A stretch of 64,000 nt of DNA from Octopus bimaculoides. Taxonomy: Eukaryota. Location of the stretch: the NCBI RefSeq assembly GCF_001194135.2, contig NC_068994.1:48763923-48827922 (forward strand), in the 5' to 3' direction. The notes beneath the pieces are model-generated. The model searched no databases. It saw only the letters and a list, made by a program, of their open reading frames with translations, and was not told where the DNA came from. Each line of letters begins with the position of its first letter. The first letter of the stretch is position 1. The position numbers and the translations under genes are program-made. This document shows, piece by piece, positions 1 to 13,346 of this stretch.

Positions 1-177
1 AGTGGATGGGCAAATAAAAAAAGCTTCATTTTGCGTCTCTTTATCCTTCTATTCCTTGTTTTTTTTTTAAAATTCTCTTTTTCTCCCTCCTTTTCTTCAT
101 CTCTCTCTGTCTTTTAACCTGTTTCTCTCCACTCGTCTACAGTTTATGCCACTTTCCCAGGTTCTTTTCCACCTTTC

Positions 178-229
<52 letters not shown>

Positions 230-614
230 TGCAGTAGGAAGAAGAGCTATGATGGCACTTTTCTCTTCCATTTTCCTCTCGTGTATTTTTATCCGCGATT
301 CTATTATCATTTCTCTGTTCTTCTTCTTTCGTTCTCTGTCTCTCGTGTAATAAGAACACACAGAAAGTGGCTCAGAGTTGGAGGAAGTAGAACAGCAACA
401 TATGTGAACATTATAATTGGAAGAGTGGTGGTGGTTGTGGGGAGCTATAAATCTCTGACAAAAATCGAACTACGCATCTTCCATTCGTGTCGATATTTTT
501 ACATAATCGCAAGCATCAGCCAATTGGGGCATCGCCATACATTGGTTGAGAAGGTATTGACACATCTCACTCGCAAGGTCTTCTTAAAAACTATTTTTAA
601 GCTACATAATGTGT
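1..614 (-). other. Candidate minus-strand exon: long purine-rich 5' UTR, possible start codon at 29 running off the window
   Basis: Minus-strand acceptor (T)n-ATAACTGCAG| with AG at plus 615-616. Followed by a (GA)n-rich tract and GCAAA-ATG-AAG-CTT-TTT-TTA-TTT-GCC-CAT-CCA (MKLFLFAHP) at the window edge. No homology recognised. Confidence 0.25.
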
Positions 615-2992
615 CTGCAGTTATAAAAAAAAAAGTGGGGTAAGCATAGAGGAACAGGCACTTAATATACACAAATTATTGGCAGGAATGTGACACAATC
701 GAATTTATTGATCCAATCGACGAAGATATATGTAACTGCTGATAAAACGAAAAAAAAAAAAAATGTGCAACGAGGGAGCCTGTACGCGCTTTCGATCTGT
801 TAGAAATAGCAACCAAAATTCCTTTAAAATCATAATACTATGGTCTTGAATAAAAGACATTTGGAGGGAGATAGTCTCCGATGGTCACAGCCAGAACGCT
901 CTTTATTTGATCTGGGTCTAGGGTCAACAAGAAGAAGTGCATGTTCCGTAGCCCTCATGCAAACTATTCAATAGGTACCATGAGCTTCATCGATTTCAAC
1001 GGTCTTCGAGATCCTGTGAATGCTATGGGCACGACCCCTTCCTCCCGACTAGACCCCAGCCCCATTTCCTGAGAAACTATATTGAACATTTCGTTACAAT
1101 TTAAATGCAAACCGGCTGTATATTGAAAACCCTTTTGTTCTAACACTGTCTATCAATCAAATGAATAATACTTTAATTAGGGTTTCCATTCATTAGCTAT
1201 TTTAATCGACAATTTATTAAGTGTAATTTTATTCTAGTTTAGTGTTTTGCACAAAACTACACTTATAACATCCGCTTTCTTCTGTCTTTTTTCTGTGTGT
1301 GTGTGTGTGTGTGTGTGTGCATGCATTGTTGCTGTTTAAGAGGTATCCGCTTCAGTCTCTCTAGTCGTGTTCTACATACCCTTTGTGAATTCAAGAAGCA
1401 AAATGCACTGATCTCTCTAGGAGGCCGCCAAACTTCACTTTGAACATAGCATTTCACTGTTTTTTTACTCTTTTAAGACGCCGTGTTGTTCGTTAGCTTA
1501 GAAGAAGCAAAAAATAAAATAAAACTCACTATAAAATGTTTCAGATTGATTTGATTGCTCTCTGAGAAGTTAAACCTCAGATGTAACATTGAGGCTGTGT
1601 GTGTGTGTGTATGCAAGTAGGTAATTAGCTATGTTATTTTAACTGCGGTAATTTCAATGCTGCCAAGAAACCGATAAATATATAACATACACAAACTATT
1701 GGACAATCGACGTAATTTCTATAGTCTTCTTTTTTGCAGATCAGTGAAAATGTATTTAAAAAGTTTTTTTTTTCTTTCTTTCTTTTAATTTACTAATTAG
1801 TGATTAGAGACTGCACGTAAAAATGCTTGTTCATTCAACTGTATTACATTCTTTCGTTGGCATCGTTTAGGTTCCCACAGTTGGGGAATAACACAGATGT
1901 ATAACTCCAGATGTGTTTGTTATTGCTCGTCGGGTTTACTCTGATCAAGCAGATCAACAATTAAGGGCCATTTCACCCGTAACTGCTCCGTCTTCTAAGG
2001 ACTGAGTTTAGGACTACAATCTGCGAATTGTTAGATCATCGGATAGAGCTCATTGCTTTGATATTCATTCTGGCACAGTCTGCTCTTGTGTTCAGATCTC
2101 GCCGAGGTCAACTTTGTCTTTCATCCTTTAAAAAAAATTTTTTGGGGGGTCGATAAAAATAGTGGCCAATTCAGTCTCGTGGTCGAATCTGCTTTCCATC
2201 CCACCTCTATCTTTCCAAAATCGATTGTGTTCAGACATGGAGCGGGATGGGCCCCAACCGAGTTGAAGATATTCAAGACACGCCGTGTACCCCTGAAGAC
2301 CCAAAGGGTGAAAGAGCACGTAGTTCTCGCCTAAGTTGTTTCATCTCTAATCCTACAGATATTTAAATCTGAAGTTTGTACAGACAACTCAACAAATGCG
2401 AACTACTTTATAAAAAAAATGGCATACATATGATTTACTGATTGTTGTTTAGCTGTAGGTCGTTCTAGCCGTGACTAGAATTGTCCAATGTTTTCTTAAG
2501 ACAGTTAAGGCATGTAATTTGAACGAGATTCGGATGACATTTCCATGAGTTGCCACGTCGAGACTTTTCATTTGATTTCGTGGTATTTTAATGGATCAAA
2601 CCGTTCTGTGTATTTTTGCTAAGAGAGTTTTCATTTTCATGAATATTTACAACTGAACTTTCTCAGCAGATTTCTTATTAACACCGAGAGTACACCGGAT
2701 GTTATTATATGTTTTGTTAAGTTACATTTGACGTCGCAAGCAGGATGCATTATATGTTAGGTATTATAATCCTTACATTTCAGTGATCTACAGGAAATGT
2801 ATTTAAAATGGAGGTTATAAGTAGATAGTAGAGATATGACATGGGTGCAGCAGGGCTGGTTTTTAAAATGTTGCCCGAAATCTCGAAGGTATTTTTATTT
2901 TCATTTTGAGACGGAAACACGTACACCACACGCAACACATACATTGAATGTCGTCTCTACGTTCTAGCGTGTTGTCAGTTTATGTATACACA

Positions 2993-3165
2993 AGCGCAGG
3001 CGTGGCTGTTGGTACGAAGTTCGCTTGCCAACTGCATGGTTCCAGGTTAGTCCCACCGCGTGGAACCTTGGACAAGTATCTTTTTCTATAGCCCTGGATC
3101 GACCTAAGCTTCGTGTGTGGATTTGGTAGACGGAAATTGTCAGGAGCCCGTCGTGTTATGTATGT
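2993..3165 (+). mobile_element. 5' half of tRNA-headed CORE-like SINE (family A)
   Basis: Degenerate match to in-window copies: ...ggaaccttggacaagtatcttttctatagccctggatcgacc...gatttggtagacggaaa...agcccgtcg. Confidence 0.8.
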
Positions 3166-4039
3166 AAGGCCTTGTGTATTTGTTAGGAGAATAAAAAGTG
3201 TATATATATAGTATAAGAGAGAGACCAAAGTTATGTGGAGGATGCGCGGCGGTAGAAGCAAAGGCTAAAGTTGACCAGAGAAACACGATGAGACTATTTA
3301 ATGGCTTTTGCCATTAAATACTGTCGTTTAAGTCAACTGTTTCAGATATCTTTGGTCACCCGTTTCTGCACCTGTCACTTAAGTCACGCAAACTACTTCG
3401 TCGATCCCTATTATAGACACGAGGTCAGCCTGCCATTCTGAGAGAGAGAGAAAGAGAGAGAGCACTCACATTGAACTTAAATGTGATTAGAAGGCTTCTA
3501 TATATCTCCCTTCTTATATAGACATACTTACATATATACATATATATAGTTTCGTCCTCAGGATTTCGAAGATGACCTGGGGTTAAAACGATCATAGTGC
3601 AAACTGTATATATATATAGTTTGTACTATGATATATGTACCTGGGGACGAAATAACCATAGTGCAAACTTAATTAAAAATATGAATTTATACACTTGTTT
3701 TTGTAGTCTGTACTTCATGTGGAAACGATCAACTTTCAGCGAGTCAAATGTGTGTGTGTGAAAGCTGGATTTTCTTGAATCTTTACACCGAGTTTTATGT
3801 GGGTTAAACAAGTTTTTTAGGTGGGAAAGATAACCAAAAGTACCGATATTTTCCATAAAACGTGGGGAGGTAACCCAATTTTTTAATGAGTGTGAGATAA
3901 CCAAAAAGTACCGAGATTTAAGTTATGAAAAGACCGTTAGAAAATCGTCACATAACCAGCGACTTGATTGTAAGAACATATGATATACCTTTGCAAAACA
4001 GTAGAATAAAGTGGCTATTTTTAATGGCTTCAGAATAGC

Positions 4040-4410
4040 AAACCTATCCCTACCTTGTTAACAATATATGTCTTTCTAAAATATTAGTTTATCGATGAAG
4101 GTCCCATTCCAAATAACTGTGAATAAAAAATGCTTTTTAGGGTTTGTTGAAAAGCCTTCTAAAATATTTATTCGCAACATAGGTATAACCTTTGAGACTT
4201 CACCTCGTTATCCAAATATATTTAGAGGTTGAAGGATGATAATATTAGCAATTATAAAATCGATTGGCTCTTTCTAGTATGGTATGCGCTGCTACATTAA
4301 TAGCCCAGAAAAGTTTCCGTGAAGTATATCTAATTACTTCCCCTTTTCAATTTTGAACAAAAGATCGGAATTTGCGGACCCTTGCAGACACTTTCATATT
4401 TATTCAGGAG
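4040..4410 (+). pseudogene. Fossil GIY-YIG endonuclease C-terminus of a Penelope-like retroelement
   Basis: Manual translation with stops and frameshifts: ICLSKILVYR, then TSLSKYI*RLKDDNISNYKIDW (4202-4267), then LNKRSEFADPCRH (from 4353). These follow the PLE motif order CL..IVY / T.LSKYIW.LKD...Y.I.W / LNKRSE...CRH as I recall it. Confidence 0.7.
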
Positions 4411-5745
4411 TTTCTGAATGTAATCCAGTTAAAATAGTTTTATTTCCACACAAAGTTTTCTGAAGATGGTTACAAAAAAAAAAAAAAAAAAAAAAAAAAG
4501 ATGGTTATTCAACAATTCTAGAACTTCTTATCGAATAACCACCTGTCTTCACGCACAGCGCATTGATGACCTGAAAATATCACGTTTTTGCAGATGAATA
4601 AATAAATAGATCATATATTTTAACATTCGGCAATTGAGATGAATGACCCATTTTCAACTTCCTTTGCTTGCCAAAAATAAAAACAAAAATAATCATATCT
4701 TGATGACTAATCATATAGCCAGGTGTTTACGAATACTTTTGCTCTTGTGTTGGGTCTGATTTACGTTTTTAGTCATTTGAATATTCGCTAGCATGAAACT
4801 GAAAAAAAAAGGAGTGTCTGCTTATATATGAAATCTGTATTCAATACATTTTCCCTTGGTAAGACACACGTTTACCCATCCGTTATTTCTCTCTCACACA
4901 CGCACACACAAAGTATACTCTTCCTTTAAGGAAAGATTTTAAAAAAATACTCCATCCACCTAGAGATAGATATTTAATGCACACTGTTAAAGTAAGATCT
5001 ACAAATAGTTCCTTGTTAAGACACGTGGTTAGGCAGATTTTTATAACGTAGCAAGTAGTCTTCGGGCTCTATATCTTAATGACTAGAAACCATTAGTAAC
5101 TCTTACATTAACACAGTGTGCATTAAATGATTATATAAAACGCACGCATACACTCACATACACACACACACACACACACACCTTAGAACAAGCCATCTGG
5201 TGCTGCATAGGGAAAATTACGTAACTCGCCATAGAGCATATGAATTAAATCTATTATAAATCCATTCTCGCCTTTTGTGTAAGAGTTTAGGCGTTAATGT
5301 TAATTATGTGTTTATTCCGTCTGTAAGTGGGCTTGGTGTTTCAACTAATAAGTCTTGGTTTTGTTTCTCTTACACGCGTCTTACATTTAAAAAATTATTA
5401 TTGTTATTATAATATTTTAATTATTATTAGTATATTACTTCGGCTGTTCACATGCTGGGGTACTGCTTTTGATGGATGTATAAACCCATTTAAAAAAACA
5501 AAACAAAACAGGTGGGAATGATTATTTATGTTTTCAATTAAGTAATCACGGTATAGATACTATGACGATTAGGAAAGAAAATGTTTGGGGTTTGCTAACA
5601 TCATTCTTTGGCCTGCTCTCGAAGGTTATTGGTTATTGTAACAGTCCACCCGTTATGTCTTCGTCGGCTGACTTACTTCGTAGAGAAAGAAAACGCGTAG
5701 AGTGGCTTCAAGAAATAAGATTAATTAGCAGTTTAATTATTATCG

Positions 5746-6118
5746 TGGCACTCCGTCGCTCACGACGACAAGGGTTCCAGTTGATCCAATCAACGGAACA
5801 GCCTGCTCGTGAAATTAACGTGCAAGTGGCTGAGCACGCCACAGACACGTGTACCCTTAACGTAGTTCTCGGGGAGATTCAGGTGACACAGTGCGACAAG
5901 GCTGGCCCTTCGAAATACAGGTACAACAGAAACAGGAAGAAAGTGACAGAAAGTTGTGGAGAAAGAGTACAGCAGGGTTCGCCACCATCCCCTGCCGGAG
6001 CCTCGTGGAGCTTTAAGTGTTTTCGTTCAATGAACACTCACAACGCCCGGTCTGGGAATCGAAACCGCGATCCTATGACCGCGAGTCCGCTGCCCTAACC
6101 ACTGGGCCATTGCGCCTC
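5746..6118 (-). mobile_element. Near full-length tRNA-derived SINE (Arg-like TCG loop; octopus OR-type)
   Basis: Minus strand begins GAGGCGCAATGGCCCAGTGGTTAGGGCAGCGGACTCGCGG...GGTTTCGATTCCC (A-box and B-box like), followed by about 300 bp of non-tRNA body. CpGs are intact. Confidence 0.85.
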
Positions 6119-6369
6119 AACAGCAGTTTAATTATAAATAAATATGACCGCATATTCAATATAAAGTTTGGTAGTTATTTTTGACTAAGGCCATGCTGGA
6201 GCATCGCATGGGCCCAATGAACTGACATTTCTCGGTAGTATTAATGTTATTCAGCAGTGCTAAAATGAGCAATAATTTTGAAAAGTGCTGAAGTAATACA
6301 ACTGGCGAAAGGCGTGTCCCCCAGTGTAAGCTGTATGTAAAATAATAATATTAAAAATAGCTTTCTGAT

Positions 6370-6500
6370 TTAGGCACACTGATCCCAGAACTTGGGTTTT
6401 ATTTTATCAAACCCCAGAATGAGGAAAGGCAAAAGTTTATCGCGGTGGGATTCGAACGCCGAATGTAAAGAGCAGAAATGGATGCCGCAAAACATTTCCT
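6370..6500 (-). mobile_element. Degenerate SINE family B fragment
   Basis: ...tatcaaaccccagaatgaggaaaggcaaaagtttatcgcggtgggattcgaac... is the reverse complement of the family B core seen at 21203-21393. Confidence 0.65.
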
Positions 6501-8547
6501 CCCTCCCCCATGCTTTAATAATTCTGGCACACGCACGCTTTCTTTGTAGGCTCTCATGAATCGGGTCACTAAGAGACTCTTAAGCTCTGAATAACCAACA
6601 CATTTTTTAGCAACTCATTGAACTAGTTTCGTCTTTTCCTCATTCGCGTAATTGGTTTCTGTATAAACTGCGTTAGAATTAACTATTATTTTTCATACGA
6701 ATAGCGCCTCGGAATAATTAACCTGAGTGTCCTTTCCTCACTCTATAATTATCTATAATACTTAATTCGATTGTTGATGCTCTTACTAACTACATTGAAT
6801 ATATTACCAATAATATTTGACAAGGCTTTAGATTTAATGATATTGCTTTTGTTTTTCGTCTGTACCTGGAAAAGGAGCGAGAAAAACGCACAGTCGATTA
6901 AATTAGATCTTTTCGATAATGATTGCGACCCTGGCAAAGCTTCAACTCAAATGGCGAGGCACCTCCACCACTGATATCTTAAATCTCACGAACAAAAGAA
7001 ACCCAGACGCTCTAGAAATAAATATGGTGTGGATAGTTTCGAGACAGAAGGAAACAGGTTTACAATTATTAAATGGGAATAGTGATCGCCATAGTATTGG
7101 ATTACCAGTTCATTGGTCGTTAAATTAAATCCGCAGAGGGCATTTTGTTGTACTGAACTCTGTGACCTTCATTTTATATCGCCATTGTTCTTGAGCCTCC
7201 AGGTCAAAATCCCTATAGAAGCTTTGTAATTTGGTTTTATCCCCATGTGAAAATTTCCTGCTTTTTGTTTTTGTTTACCGAGAGTTAACTACAATTTCTA
7301 GCAGTCGGGGGGAGGGCTTGTATATTCCCCTTGTTGTTGTTTAGTTTCTAGGTTAGTGCTGGTTTAAACAGAAAACCAATAATCAAAGATGCGTGGCAGT
7401 CAATTTATTTTTTCAGGCACAGTGTATCTAAGACGCTATTCAATGTGCACCCCCCCCCACTGCTTTTAAAAGCTGGTAGGATGTAAATTCAAGATTTGGT
7501 TGCTATTTTTAACTGATCGAGTTACCTCGTAGAGATAGACTTTTTGTTGTTTGTTGTAGGGTATGGAGATAAATTTACAAGTATCAGGCATGTGATGTCG
7601 CTTTTTCTTAACTGAAACCAGAAATTTGTGGCCTTGTGCCAGCACAAGACATTAACACCACCGTCAGCAGCAGCAGCAACAGTAACTCGTCATTCAGAAA
7701 TTATTGTATTTCAATAATTTAGCTTAGAGATGAGCTGATCGCCGTTTTCGTATTTTAATCTTATTATATTGTATTTTGTTGTTAGTTGCCGATGTTTTTA
7801 TACGAAGCTTACATACATACTACACTATCGTACTACACTTTATTTACTATTTGTGTTGTATGCTATTACTATCTATATACCGCAGTCCGCTCATACAATC
7901 CGCACTACATGGTGTTATTATTGCTTCGGTAATACGTATTCTAAAATTACATGCCATTAAAACACCTCAATAGCTCAAGGCTGTCACAATTCAATATCAC
8001 ACACACACACACACACACACACGAGAAATTTCTAAGCAGCAAACACCAACAGATCTACTAGATCTACTAATTATCCTAATTCTACATTGTGCCATATGGG
8101 AGGAGCGAACTCTTACAAATGGAAAAGTACAGACCAAGTATTTAGAAATGCTGGAATAACGTAATAGCGTTGTGGTTACTATAGCATTGACTGAACTAAG
8201 CAGCATCTGAGACGTGGAAAATAACGCAAGCAGTCAAAGTACTGCACTACAATGCGACACACACGCACACACGTAACTTTGTACGGATCTATAGTCATTA
8301 TACTACAACAAACAAGTCCACTGGCGTTATCGTACAAAACTGCCGTATGGTATTCAGTTGCGTCCCCTTCACGTTTTGAGTTCGAATCCCAGTCGAGCTT
8401 TCACTTCTCCTTTTGAGCGTCGATTAAAAAAAATATATATATAAATAAATACCAATCAAACACAATCGTCGTCTTCCCCCCTTCCTCGCAAAATATGTGA
8501 CCTTGTAATTAATAGAAATCGTTATATAACTGATATTAATAAAAATA

Positions 8548-8587
<40 letters not shown>

Positions 8588-8782
8588 NNNNNNNNNNNNN
8601 NNNNNNNNNNNNNNNNNNNNNNNNNNNNNNNNNNNNNNNNNNNNNNNNNNNNNNNNNNNNNNNNNNNNNNNNNNNNNNNNNNNNNNNNNNNNNNNNNNNN
8701 NNNNNNNNNNNNNNNNNNNNNNNNNNNNNNNNNNNNNNNNNNNNNNNNNNNNNNNNNNNNNNNNNNNNNNNNNNNNNNNNNN
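8588..8782. other. Assembly gap within (TA)n
   Basis: N-run flanked by TA repeats on both sides. Confidence 0.99.
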
Positions 8783-9389
8783 TATATATACATATATATA
8801 TATATTATATTTTAATTATTAATTTTCTATATGTGATAGTGGATTTTCATAGATGAGTTCATGAAACTTGGTTCTTTTCCCTAAAACTATATATATATTT
8901 CGTTTTTTAGTGTAGATACGTCAGTCACAACTTCGCAAGTGTGTAAGCCCTGTTGATTTAATCGACTCCTTCAATGTAGATGATGGACACCTATTTCACC
9001 GACCCCCACTTCTTTTCCTGCCCCTAAGCTCCGGTCTCTACGGGACGTAACTAAATATTTTTTTCCTGAGCCACAAGCGTTTCTGTTATATGAAATGATT
9101 TTTTTCTTTCTTATCTTTCTTCGTAGCTGAACCAATGAATTCTCCTTAGTTTTTAGATCACCAAATGACACCGCAAACTCATGCGTTGCTTGGGCTTAGT
9201 TACTTTCAGAACCTGGAATATGTGGTCGAGTGCTGGATTAAAATTATATCCCTTGTATTAATTAACCGTCTGTGTGTCCCCTTTACGCTCTTAGTTGAAA
9301 TTCCGCTGGGATAGCGTTTTTCGTTTTTTTATCTTTTGAGTGTTGAACAGTTTATATAAGAGTACCTGTCATATACTGAGGTGAGAGTA

Positions 9390-9560
9390 GTTGTTTTTGT
9401 TTAGTCCCGAGTCAGCCCAGTCCTATGTCGAGGCATGCCAGTCACGACCAACCCGAGCATTTTGTATATTTGAGACTTCATTGTCCAGTATGTGGAAATT
9501 TGGTTGCTATTTCAAGCAAGTTTAGCGACCACGTAGAGAGGCTCTCGTTGACCTGAGACA
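9390..9560 (+). repeat. Interspersed repeat family D (unclassified); related copies near 24570-24785, 26590-26725, 28940-29310, 49060-49290 (minus) and 53440-53645
   Basis: Shared motifs gtttagccccaggtcagccctgatc...ccagccgtgacc and atttggctgctatttctagcaggt...gacca recur at these positions. Confidence 0.7.
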
Positions 9561-12447
9561 ATAATTGTACGTACACACACGCGCGCACACAATGTGACTG
9601 ACAGCTGGCTACATAAGATGGATTGCTAGCTGATACACAAGTCGAACTCTCAACGAATTGTTCCGATTTCCTTCCAGTGGCTCTTTAACTATTTATACAC
9701 CACCAACTCCAAATAGCGGTGGTATAGTCACAGTTCCCATGATGATGTACTACCACAGATCTGTGTTGAAAAGCAGCGATGAATTCTGAATAAAACTAAC
9801 TGTAGAGTGTTTCGTTTGGGGACTTTTTTTTCGCTAATTTACGTTTCAGTATTTCTCTTAAAAGATGAGTCATTATGATTATTAAATCAGAATGCATTGA
9901 TCAAATCAACTGATGCTACTGTTGCAGCTGTTGCTACATTATCATTTCATATCATTGCTTTTACAAGTGACGTTTTGTATATATTTGCAACGTCATTGAC
10001 AAGTGGTTTGCTTGTTCTTTCTCTCTTTTTATTTTGTACTTTTTCGAAGTGAAATGACAAATGGCGTTTGTTTTTAAGCCAAGCGGCGTTGTTTATTATG
10101 TTGTAGCTCAGTCGCGGAACCAATGAAATGGCGGACGAAATGCTTCCCCACCCGCCTTCTCACTCCTTTTTACATTCTGAGTTCTAGTTCCGTTGTGGTT
10201 TCAGTTTTCCCCTCTTTTCGTTCTTCTGGAGTTGCTGAAACGAAGTATTAGCCAAGAACTAGGGGGCGATTTAACTGACGGTTTCCACTGCACAGAATCT
10301 GAAGCTTTGTGCCGATTTTGGAAATCAATATTGTCGACAAACGTCCCTATTTTTTTTATATAGCGACCCCCAACGAAACAGTGCTGGTTTTCTTGCAATG
10401 GTGACCACAAGAAACGCTCTTTTGTTTCGAGTTTTTTCTCTCTTTTGGCTACGTCATTGACAGGCAATGTTTTATTTTATATTAACGCCAACAAGTAGCG
10501 TTGTTTTTGCAACGTCACAGTTACGAGGAGTTATTCACTACAAGTGGAATCACTTCAAAAATTGGAACTATTAGCTACTAGTTACTATAACAACGGTTGT
10601 ATTTAATGCCTGCTTTATATGTATACATACATACATGCGCACACTTTTTTAAGGCTATGGCAAATTCTGATGTCAACAACTGTTGATATCAGAATTACTT
10701 TATTGATATCAGAGTTACTTTGCTAATATCCTGTTAGTATCTGTATTACTAAAACAATGGATACTACTTACGGGCCTATTTGTATTCTTGTAACTATGAC
10801 CACCATTCTGATCGACGGCTGTTGACATCCGTGGCACAGACAATAGCGATGGCTAATCTTGGTTACCATCGTTCATTGTTATTGTGGCGACAGTTAATAC
10901 CACTTTAGATTATGGATTCGCATGTTAATCTAACAGAGAGTTATTGCTGTCCTAGTTGTTCCTTTCTTAGTTTTGATTCTGTCACGAGTTAGTTACTGGT
11001 GCTTTGAAGTTACTAATTAGTCATTGTTATTGACCCAAGGTTTTTGTGTATTGTGCCCGTTTTTTTTTGTGTCTTGTTATGATGACGACTCTTGATAATA
11101 AAAAAACCCAAAAAACTGTCGATTTGATAACATCTTTTGGTAGTATTGCAGTTGATGCGAAAGGTTGTTATTGCAAGAATTAATTAGCGGGAAATTAGGT
11201 TAACGGAAACTGCGCAGAAGCCCGTTAAGTGGACTGTATCTGATATTCGGAAGTTCTTTTATTATAATGTTGATTCTGTCTAAAAGATTGCGCTAAGTGT
11301 ACAACGACTGAGGAATATTCAATTACTTATACTCTAATTTCAAGTGGGCAATTTCCTTGTTCGAATACTCACAGCGAAATCACTACAAGAGTTCGTCCAT
11401 TTTACTGTTTCTTTTCTTGACTATTAAGTGTATAAAATAAGTCGGAAGTTAAAATTCTTACCCTGCAGTCTGTTAATGCAGTGTGTCTCTAAGCTAGGCT
11501 ATAGTGGGGGATGAAGGCCCATTAGTGAGTTCGCGATGACTCATAACGAGCCTGTTTAGCCGAAGTATTTACACAATGTAAAATAAAAAGTGAGAGGGGA
11601 AAATACACTGGGCTGCTTCGCATTGCTTTCCCCTGGCTCACAGAAAAACTTAAGTCCAGTATTGGCGAGAGTGAAATGTAGCTCTGACACTGCGCAATGC
11701 TACTGAGATTGGACCACACATCTTTCGGTTAGAAGTTGTTGGTGCCTGATCCAATGGCAGTTCAATGCTTCCTTTTTAGTTGAAGTGACAAAAACTTGAC
11801 TGAGATCTGATAAAGTAATTTGCATTCCATTCGGATTATGATTCCACATCAAAATGCTGTTCCATTGGAACCTCGGCTGATGGGCACCAACCACTCCACC
11901 GACCTCACTAGTTACATCTTTCTCCTGCCAACGAGGAATCCTCTACTTGACTGCTCGATCTACTAGACATAACAGCCAAATCATTTGAGTCATCATGCCC
12001 GAAAAAAGAAAATCTCCCCAAAGCTTAAGTCGGCTTAACCCAAGCGTTTGGCATCATCTGGGAATATCTACCATAATCTAGGGGTCGGCAAAGTTATGTC
12101 ATAAGCTTTATGCAATGAATCCAAAATTAAGATTTGCTCCTCAAAAACTCCCCAGGACTTACTAGGTGTTTACAGTAGCACCACTGAAACCAAATGCTTG
12201 CATGTTGTTCTTTCCTTAAAACCACCAGATCAGCAGATCTTTATGATCAAAGACTTTCCAGTCGGGGTTGGGATTGGCCAAGCTTTGTGAGTGAAATTAG
12301 GTTGGCGGAATCAATGACAGCCCGTCAGAGGGAACCATTCCGCCTTTCCTTGAGTAATAAGCTTCATCTGTCTCTCGATTTAATATCGCCACATAGCTTT
12401 CAGTGGGGTTCACTTGGTGTTGCAAGCATTCGGGCTGGATATCTTAC

Positions 12448-12507
12448 CTGAGGATAATTACCTTTCAACCAGTCTCAGAAGCCCTTAGAAAAGTCATTCT
12501 ATTTCTC
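12448..12507 (-). other. Candidate 60-nt non-coding exon
   Basis: Minus-strand acceptor with a very long polypyrimidine tract ending TTTCTTTCATAG| and donor CAG|GTAAGA (alternative AAG|GTAATT ending at 12462). All three frames contain stops in the 60-nt form. Confidence 0.4.
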
Positions 12508-13112
12508 CTATGAAAGAAAGAAAAAAAAAAAAGAAAAACAGGAAACAATAGCCAACAGAAAAAAAAAAAACTTTTCCATGAACAATACCTCCACTAAAAT
12601 AGTATTTGTAATATGTAATAATTAGTGTTGAAATAAATAGTATTATATCAATAACATCAGAGCACCATACAGAATGGACACATTGTGTAATACAGTCCTT
12701 GATACACCGTGACTGATTGAATGCTTAGATGAGTCATTTGGTGGATCTGGGATTGCATTGGTATAAGAATAAGCAAGTACAATAACAATACCAGATAGTA
12801 TTATTAATACAGCGGCTAAAATGACAACCCAATGCTTTACAGTAAAAGCCTCTTTAACGACTAGAAATACAGAACGAGCCAAGCAACGAGTCTCTATGTA
12901 GTTGTTGTTGTTTTATCACCCATGATCAAAGGATGTTCCAGGTACGACTATTCCTTCCTTTTTCGTTTATCATGATTCAGTGTCCCCGCCTATCTTGTTT
13001 TTAAGACGGTCGATGAAACCTGTGGGCGATGTAAAAAGAAAGTACAGTGAAGTTCTGGGGTCGATATAATCGATTCTCAGTCCCGCACAAAAGTTTACGG
13101 CTTTGTGCCAAG

Positions 13113-13312
13113 CAGAATCGTTAGCGCATTGGACAAGTTGCTTAGCGGCATTTCTCTCGGTTCGTTACATTCTAAGTTTAAATTCCGCCGGATCCGGCCT
13201 TGCTTTTCATTCTTTCGGGGTCAGTAATATAAGTACATGTCGTGCCCTAGATCCGATGTAATCGACTTCCCCTCCCCTCAAAATCGCTGGTCTGGTGTCA
13301 GATTTAGAAATG
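13113..13312 (+). mobile_element. SINE family B copy
   Basis: cagaatcgttagc...aaattccgccgg...ttttcattctttcggggtc...aagtac...gatgtaatcgacttcccctcccctcaaaat, colinear with 21203-21393. Confidence 0.75.

Positions 13313-13346
<34 letters not shown>

Noticed and set aside
137-643. ORFs 137-361, 144-359 and 146-643
   Set aside because: Dominated by translated (GA)/(CT) repeats; no recognisable domain.
631-646. Plus-strand donor G|GTAAGC at 640
   Set aside because: Could end a plus-strand first exon, but has no supporting downstream exon. The overlapping minus-strand acceptor is at least as good, so this is unresolved.
5562-6098. 178-aa plus-strand ORF
   Set aside because: Mostly the antisense reading of a SINE.
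6040-6118. tRNA-Arg-like sequence
   Set aside because: SINE head: no proper acceptor stem, and it continues into the repeat body. Not a tRNA gene.
11522-11719. ORF faintly like the iGluR S2 lobe (G.AM..SP...LS..IL)
   Set aside because: Too few identities, and no M3 motif between it and the 12643 ORF.
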